From: Flaccisagitta enflata
Taxonomy: Eukaryota
DNA length: 64,000 bases
Direction of reading: 5' to 3'
NCBI GenBank assembly: GCA_965153355.1
Contig: OZ231126.1
Span: forward strand, 28,520,001 to 28,584,000
Shown here: positions 55,292-64,000 of the stretch, piece by piece
How the letters are laid out: each line of letters begins with the position of its first letter
How positions within the stretch are numbered: the first letter of the stretch is position 1
The notes under the pieces: model-generated
What the model was told of the DNA's origin: nothing
What the model saw: the letters and a program-made list of their open reading frames with translations, nothing else
The model's database searches: none
Translations under genes and position numbers: made by a program

Positions 55292-56077
55292 ATGGTGGCT
55301 ATTCGTAACACGACAAACGCGATGCCGAACAGGAATAAAAAACCGTTATGTGGTCATTGCAAAGTCGACACGGAGAAAAAACAGGCGACGGCAGTGCCAT
55401 GTAATTGTTGCACCACATGGTATCACATCGCGTGTTTGTCAGGAATGTCGGATGAATTCGTCGACAGTTGCGACAAACAGAATCGGTTGAACGGCAAATC
55501 AAGTCTCATATGCCCAAATTGCCGCAATTTCATCCCGAACATGAACCAAAATTACGAGGAACTGGCCGGAAAAATGCTTAGTTTGGAAGGACGAATGAAC
55601 GCCATCGAAGCACGTGCAAACGCCGCCGAAGCACGCGCAAACGCCGCGGAACTGGAAGTGCAGCAATTACGGGCTGAGGTTGAGAAGATGAAAAACGGCA
55701 CGGAGGAGGTGAAGGAACAGATCGTCGTCATGGAGAAAGAAATTGAGACGGGGATGGAGCAGGCGAAGAAGGAAGTCAAGGAGGAGATGACGACGGAAAT
55801 GAAAGCGAGAGAAGAGAAGGCCAACAACATCGTCATTTACGGGGCGAAGGAGTCAAACAAGGACAACGCTGCCGAGAGAGCGGCTGAGGACGAAGTGTTT
55901 GTCAGAAACTTAGCCAAGGAGATCGAAGTGGATGTCAACGGCGAAATTGAGGCCAAGTTTCGCGCTGGAAGGAAGCCAGAAGGAGCGGAGGCAGGAAGAC
56001 CAAGGCCGCTGATTGTGAGAGTAAGCGATAAGGAGACGAGGGAGAACATCCTGCAGAAAGCGAGGTTTCTTGGATAA
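55292..56077 (+). CDS. CR1/L2-type LINE ORF1 fragment (PHD finger, coiled coil, RRM-like region); no ORF2
   Basis: CGHC...CNCC..WYH..C...CPNC PHD finger; heptad repeats; NNIVIYG..E and R.GR...RPRPLIV motifs; probable native start at 55322. Confidence 0.8.
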   Translation: MVAIRNTTNAMPNRNKKPLCGHCKVDTEKKQATAVPCNCCTTWYHIACLSGMSDEFVDSCDKQNRLNGKSSLICPNCRNFIPNMNQNYEELAGKMLSLEGRMNAIEARANAAEARANAAELEVQQLRAEVEKMKNGTEEVKEQIVVMEKEIETGMEQAKKEVKEEMTTEMKAREEKANNIVIYGAKESNKDNAAERAAEDEVFVRNLAKEIEVDVNGEIEAKFRAGRKPEGAEAGRPRPLIVRVSDKETRENILQKARFLG

Positions 56078-56119
56078 GAAAATGAAAATCATGTTTCTCT
56101 CAAATATGTCGAAGACTTA

Positions 56120-56387
56120 GGGCGTGTTTCTAGTGAAAACAAATCACGCGTTTGTTCCCATTGAACGCGTTTTCAGCGTGAATACATAACTTTGAATTCC
56201 ACTTTCCCACAAGGGAGTGAGCAAAGTGAGTGAGCGAGCCCGTGAACAGAGCAAGCTAGCGAAGCAAGCGTAGCAAAGTGGAGTGCTGCAGAGTGAGTGA
56301 GTGGAGTGAGCGGTGCGAGCGAACGAACGTAGCGAGCAACCGAGTGGCCCGTTCAAAACGCGATTGTCTCTGACTAGAAACGCCCCC
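56120..56387. mobile_element. PIF/Harbinger-like MITE with (GAGC/GAGT)n core
   Basis: TTA|GGGCGTGTTTCTAGT ... ACTAGAAACGCCCCC|TGA; a diverged inverted copy lies at about 30872-31040. Confidence 0.55.
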
Positions 56388-57266
56388 TGACTTCGACTTT
56401 TTTCCTGATCATGGACTATCCCAATCAACAGAGCTCAAGCATAAGCTTGTGCACCTTTTTTGTAAAAGAATGAAGCTGAAGCTCATTCATAAGCATAAAC
56501 AAAATCAATGCAAAAGCATCAAGAAAGACCATTGCACAAGGAAATGGCGTGAACAAGCAACTTTTGATCCTGTCTAAACTGAGTATGAAAGCACAACTAA
56601 TCTGACCATTGCACAAGTAAACCGTACAGAGGAATAACAAGGCCGGATTGAAAATATTTTTTATTCACTTTTCGACTCGTGCTCACTTGATTAAAACAGC
56701 CATGTTACTAAGAATCCATTAAATGGATATCAACGGACCGACGGACGGTCGGACGGATGGACGGATGGACGGACAAAGCCTCTTTTAGAGTCGCTCATCC
56801 GCGACTAAAAAGCCTCTTTGAAAATATTTCTTATTCAAGGTTCAGTGTTGTAGAGCTTAACCTGATTAAAACAGCCATGTTACTAAGAATCCATTAAATG
56901 GATATCATGGACCATCCCAATCAAAAGAGCTCAAGCATAAGCTTAAGCACCTTGAAATTTAAGGCTTTTTTGTAAAAAAATAAAGCTGAAGCACATTCAT
57001 TGGCATAAACAATATTAATGCAAAAGCATCAGAAAAGACTATTGCACATTGTGTGCACAAGCAACTTTGATCATGTCATGAATATGCACAATACTCATGC
57101 ATGTCATGTCTTAAATTTTTTTTGAGCACAGTATACAGAGAATACCCTGCAAATTGCTAACAAAGAAAACATCACATTTCAGCTTCTAGAAATGATAATC
57201 AAATTCTGAAAAAAAGTTCTAAAAAGCATGTGCACTTTTAAACCAATTTTATGAGATACAAAATAA

Positions 57267-57864
57267 CAGGATGAGCAAAAAAATTTGCACAACTCTGATA
57301 AAGTAATGAAAAATAATGCAATGTAGAGCAAATACCATCATGATATAAACTGAATACTTAATTTTAGTAATCAAGAATACTAATGAACCAATACAATAGG
57401 CTGTATATATGGTCTAGAAAATGAATTATTATCATGGTCACATACTGTCTATGTGCCATGATTTTGATTGTTCCCTTTATGAAGTGGTGTGATTATTTTT
57501 TTCATTTTGTGAGATATATCTAAGCCCCTTGACCCAATTATCAATTGTTATGACCATCTGACATCAAGGTTACATATTGTGTATGACAATGACTTGCAGG
57601 GGATGCCAAGCAGGAGAAAAACACTAGACTGAGTAAAGTTTCCATCTCTCTAAATTTGGCCGGTAAAATTCATGCAAAATCTGACTGTGCGGTTCAACTT
57701 TGATGCCTCCCAATGGAAACAGAAATTGGAAAAGTGAATGACGGCCCATACTACTGTCCAGTAGGACTAATTGTGGGGTTATGGTTCAAATTTCATCTTA
57801 TCAGGGCACCTAGAAGTGCTGATTCTATACCCATATGTTTGTGCAAAATTTTTTGCTCATCCTG
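57267..57864. mobile_element. MITE (CAGGATGAGCAAAAAA TIR)
   Basis: CAGGATGAGCAAAAAAATTTGCACA ... TGTGCAAAATTTTTTGCTCATCCTG. Confidence 0.75.
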
Positions 57865-59734
57865 TTAAATGAACACAACTTTAAAACTGTGTCTGTACTG
57901 TAGCATTGAAAGAAACATAGATGTTAGCAAGACATGCATTTTCCTGTTTGGAGGTTTTGGAGTAGGTTCACTAATTTTTATAAAATTTCGCAACCTATGG
58001 AGCAAAAACTCCAGGGATGGGCTTGAATGAAAGACATTTTGAAGTAGATTATGAATGCACAAAATGGTCAGGCTGTAAATCTTCGTATGATGAGAAACTT
58101 GCCTATCAGAGGCCAAAAACAATACTTTTGCTCTAGAAATCCCTGTGAAAAATGTAATAATTTGATAGAAATACAATGTGAAACTCACGAAACTTTTCAG
58201 ATACTAAAATTTCTAAAGGATATCTTCAATTAGAGACCATTTCCAGCAGTATGGAACAATTTGTTGATAAATGGCAGAGAAAAAATGTGCAAGTCTTACT
58301 AATTTTTTTAGAAAAAACTGATTTTTCTTAAAAATTGAGCATTTCTATCTGATGCCGGGTCGATGCTGATTTTTTACATGTTTTAATTTTGAGAAAGACC
58401 TTCCACCACTACAATTAGTCACCATAAGGGACAAATATATGCGCAATACTATGTCGACATTGGGATAAGCGGATTCAAGGTCATTTTCTTTTATCAGTTT
58501 GTATATTTGTACCTCTTAATTCCTTTTTTTAATCCATGCAAGCCCCCAAATCTGTTTTTAAGAGGGCTGAAAATTGAATCAGTTCTTCACTTAGGTGGTC
58601 TTCAAGATCTTTAGGGTATGCCATGACTAAGCTTTGGGATCATTTTCTAATCTCTTCATTTTTAGCTTCTTCCGGAATTTTTAAAAAATAAAAAAGATTG
58701 CTCAGGTTTTTATAAGCAAATCTCTTACTCTTTTCTTTTTCTTTCTTTTCTTTCCTTCTCTCCTTTTCCTTTTCCCTTCCTTTTTTTTCTTTCTTCCTTC
58801 CTTTTCTCCTCTTTCTCTTTTTCCTTTTTTTCCTTTTCCCTTTCTTTCCTCTTCCCTCTTTTTCTTCTTTTCCCCCTTGAGCGCGGGGCCCCCCTTGGGC
58901 GCGGGGCCCTAGGCAGTGCCTAATGTGCCTATAGGTTGTTCCGGCCCAGCCCCCCCCCCTGCATTTGATTTACGGACAATCTCGTTGATTCAACGGATGG
59001 TAAAATAACCAACAAGGCAGAAAAAACGACTGTTTTTGTCGCTTGTTGGTTGGCAGTGATACATTAAATCAACAATTTTGGTTAAGGGCAGCGTTGCAGA
59101 AACCATTAGTAGCAATGAAAAAAGAAGAAAGAAAATACGACGGACCGGTCAACATAAAATCGCCTCCACGCAAATAAGAAGAGTTTTTGATACACAAGTT
59201 TTATCGGTTAAAGTGTGTAGAAAAAAAGATATTATTAGTTTATAACTATGCAATACTATACATTATACATCTATTACATCATGCGGGTACATTAATGATG
59301 CCGAGTTGCGATTCGGGAACTCATCAACATTCGTTATTATGATATGTCTGTCTATCCGTCAGACAATCGTTCTGTTCGTGTTGGTCCGATCGTTTTGGGC
59401 TTTTTGGGTCGAAGATTGCTAACATAATCGCCCAATGCAATGAGTTCATGAGATGTTCCATGACCAAATTCAAAACAGCTTTTGCCCCTGTCTGTCTGCA
59501 AGCGGTTATAGGACAATGTTGCGTCCCTTAGATCGGTGGGGATGCACTTATTGAATTTCACTGTCCAAGTATGGCAATTCTTTTGGTCTGACAGGTTTTC
59601 TTCCGTACTTTGTAGTTTCTTTTCAGCTGGACAGTCTTTGGAAGTGAGATGCTAATATGGGATGTCAATAAGTACGTGTTACATTAGTACGACCAATGCA
59701 ATAATGCCAATATGACACCTACAAATAATCTCTC

Positions 59735-59804
<70 letters not shown>

Positions 59805-60065
59805 GAGGAGGTTATCTGCATCTCGCGCTTGGCTTTGCTTGGCTTTGGTCTGATTAATGATTATCTCACCGTCACGATCTCCGCTACTTCATCCAACTTT
59901 GCTGTGATCCTCATCTGATCCTCACTGATCTTCTCATCTAGATCATTATCTTCTTTCTGGCACAGCGCTCTTCTGATCTCATCTGATCTTCTCATCTAGA
60001 TCATAAACCCTTTTTCCAGCGCGACGCTCTTTTATCAACGGTCATCACCAAGGAGTGAGTGAGAT

Positions 60066-60139
<74 letters not shown>

Positions 60140-60239
60140 ATTTTTTTGCAAGAACAACAACAAAAGCAACTAATAAGAAAAAAAAACCCAACAGCAACAA
60201 AAATACAACCAAATAGATTAAAACAGCAACAACTACAAC

Positions 60240-60321
<82 letters not shown>

Positions 60322-60741
60322 GTCTCTCGTTCTACAAACATCCATCCCATCATTTAGGTTCATGGTTGACTTGCCACAAGCCTAAGTAAAGGCAATAAAG
60401 CAAAAAAGACACCCTTACAAAAAACAGAAATAAAAACAGAAAACAGGAAAGAAAAAAGAGCAGCGCGAAGAAAATAGGAAAGAAGGAAAGGAAACAGTGG
60501 TCACAACATTAAACAGGACACAAGACATTAAGTCAGACAACAGAGGAAAATAAGGCAAGCATAGATTGAAAAGAAACGAAAACAAAGAGAGCCGACTGAA
60601 GAATAAACAACAAAACAACAAAACAACAAAACAACAAAACAAAACAACAAAACAACATAACAACATAACAACAAAATAACAAAATACCAAAACGACAAAA
60701 CAACAAAATAACAAAACGACAAAACAACAAAACAACAAAAG

Positions 60742-60876
60742 ATGGCGGCAAACAACATTAAAGTCGCCGTTCGAGTTCGTCCGTTTAATTCCAGAGAGAA
60801 AGAAAGAAACGCAAAACTCTGCATCGAAATGAATGGACAGATGACAGAAATCAAAGACTGGACGACACCAAATGAG
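60742..60876 (+). CDS. KIF28: Kinesin-3 (KIF28-like) first coding exon
   Basis: AAGATGGCG start; [32 protein letters not shown]...PNE|gtgagt; the phase-0 end is compatible with the exon at 31478. Confidence 0.85.
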
Positions 60877-60882
60877 GTGAGT

Positions 60883-61011
<129 letters not shown>

Positions 61012-61070
61012 AACAAAGTCAAAGATACAAAAGTGAGATATATGTTCTTGGTCTCATGTGAATTTACTAC

Positions 61071-61157
<87 letters not shown>

Positions 61158-61561
61158 CTAATTTTTCACATGGGCAGACTCTATTTCATGTTCAGTGACA
61201 AATCTTTGACAAGTTCCGGTTCCTGGTTGGTTGCTCTCAACTTTTTCTTCATTTTCTATGTAGCTATCTTTTCCTCCCAGCTTTCTTATTCCTTCACTTC
61301 ATATGTCGTTGTCTTTGCCTCCTCCTTCCATTTCGATATCTTTGCCTCTTCGTCCTCATCATCTTCATTTCAAAAGTCACGTTTTCCTGTCACAACTTGA
61401 GCCTCTCCAAAGAAACTGGGAAGAAATACAACAGTGAGAGACCGTCACAGACAGAAAGACTGACAGATACAGACAGAAACACACACACAGAAACACACAG
61501 ACACACAGAAACACACAGACACACAGAAACACACAGACACACAGAAACACACAGACACACA

Positions 61562-61712
<151 letters not shown>

Positions 61713-62230
61713 CTCGATGATTTTTGTTGACGTGAAAGAAAACATGTCTGTTGCAAATTGGAAAAACGTCCGTAAAAGCGAAAAAAAACTATGACAAAAC
61801 AAGCAAGTATCCCGGAGCTGAGATACAACGATCCGTCGAAGTCCTGCGGTATTACTAGAAAATTGGTTTGATGCAACGTTGCATTGTATGGTTGTGCTTG
61901 GAGGTTAAACAATTTCACTGTTTTACCTTTGTTCACCTACAAACAGTGATAATCGTGCTTCTAGGGATAGGTAGGAAATACTTGTGAGATTCAGAGATGT
62001 TCCTGAGGCAGACAGATGGACAGATCGACGAACGGAGAATGTCTTTCATAGCGAAGCGTGAACTCACCTTAAAAGGCTGAACGCTGCGAAATGAGACATG
62101 AAGCAGGTAGAATGAAATTCTGACATCTGTTTGATATCATGACGATCCCGTAGATAAATGAGGGTTGTCACAAATGTTGTCACTATCACAGATGGAACAA
62201 GTCGAAACAGGAAATGAGTTTGAACCCCGG

Positions 62231-62428
<198 letters not shown>

Positions 62429-63012
62429 TGTTGGGTATTCAACCCCCGCCGACCCGCGACGGGGCATCTCTCCTTCTCCGCCGTAACTCGACAAATGATG
62501 ACGCAGCTTTGCCGTGTGACCATTAACATATTTGCGATGAAATGACTATGACATGACATATCGATAAATGACCGTTGACAATTAAAGACAGACATATGAC
62601 ATTTGATGGGCGGATATGGACGGTGGAGAGACCAATCATCATAAAGGAATTAAAGAAATAATAAAGTAATGAAAGACAGAGACGAGTTTTCAGGGAAGCA
62701 GAGGCGCGGCAGAGTGAGAGAGACAGAGAGACAGTCAGAGAGAAAGGAGGGGAGAGGGGAGAGAGAATGACGGTGAAGAAAAGAGAAAGAAAAGGAAGGA
62801 AAAAAGGTATAGCGAGGAGTCTTTTTTTTTCACCACATCATTGAAAACGGCGCCATTTGAAAAGTGCGTTTTACGTGCGAAGCAATCAAACTCAACGCAA
62901 TTCAATGAGGAGAGGGGAAACATGTAACCCGGGGTAACAATAGCGTGGCCGTTGGGACCAGGTTGGCATCGGGCAAGGGCATACACCCACCTCCCATCCA
63001 CACAGACACACA

Positions 63013-63157
<145 letters not shown>

Positions 63158-63158
63158 A

Positions 63159-63328
<170 letters not shown>

Positions 63329-63483
63329 ATACACTCTTTCATTCTTTTCATCAGACAGACGCGTGGTACAATGGACGGACATAGCCTCCTATGAATTGGC
63401 TTGTCCGCAACTAAAAATGATTTATAAGCGAATGACTGAAGAAAAAGTTGACACCTCGTTTTGCGCAGGAAGTCGTAACGAGA

Positions 63484-63600
<117 letters not shown>

Positions 63601-64000
63601 CGCCGTATAATTACAACTAAGCCTGTGGAAACGGTTTAAGAATGAAAAGCCTGTGGTCTTCTGGCAGACTGTCACGGGGAGTTGTCACAGACGATTGTTA
63701 AGTTGGCTTCATGCTTCTGCTCAGACGACATTTCACGTGTCATTGGTGCTGATAATTGCGTCGTTTCAACAACCACTTCACTCCTCATAAATGCGGATGG
63801 TTTGACGGTCAGACGAATGTGTTGGAGTGAGAATAAGAGTTTTCATTCAGTCCTCATTCTTGCATATACAGTTACATACCGCTACAACGGATCCAAGAGT
63901 AACAGAAATCTAGATGTAAAATGAATGGATGTAAAGCTTATGTCATTTCAAATGATTTTCTATCAATTTCTGTGATGGCAATGATAAAAATCTGCCTACA

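Larger units (their letters stand above)
54844..58949. mobile_element. hAT-like non-autonomous element (~4.1 kb)
   Basis: 16-bp TIR CTGGGCCGGAACAACC / GGTTGTTCCGGCCCAG; subterminal GCGGGGCCC repeats at both ends; C10 runs on both flanks, compatible with an 8-bp TSD. Confidence 0.72.

Overview
Animal (probably invertebrate) genomic DNA that is AT-rich, dense in microsatellites and transposons, with GT-AG introns; the organism cannot be named from the sequence. Host genes: four phase-compatible exons of a plexin cytoplasmic region (- strand, 42875 to 36542); three phase-compatible exons of a KIF28/KLP-6-like kinesin-3 lying out of order (exon 2 at 31478, exon 3 at 36122, exon 1 at 60742) plus an inverted copy of exon 3 at 8313; an intronless class-A GPCR (45846-46865) and its disabled paralogue (53254-54264). 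Mobile DNA: a CsRn1-type Ty3/Gypsy element with open gag and pol and several atypical Pol features, a decayed AcademX transposon with a GGA TSD, a hAT-like element carrying a CR1/L2 ORF1 fragment, over ten DINE/HINE-like Helentron derivatives and several MITEs. Most notable are minisatellites built from plexin exon-intron junctions (10 acceptor copies and 7 donor copies), a 3.4-kb inverted duplication, and kinesin and plexin fragments meeting head-on at an (AG)n tract. The out-of-order exons, the duplication and the head-on junction may be assembly artefacts. All family assignments rest on motif recognition by eye, not database searches.
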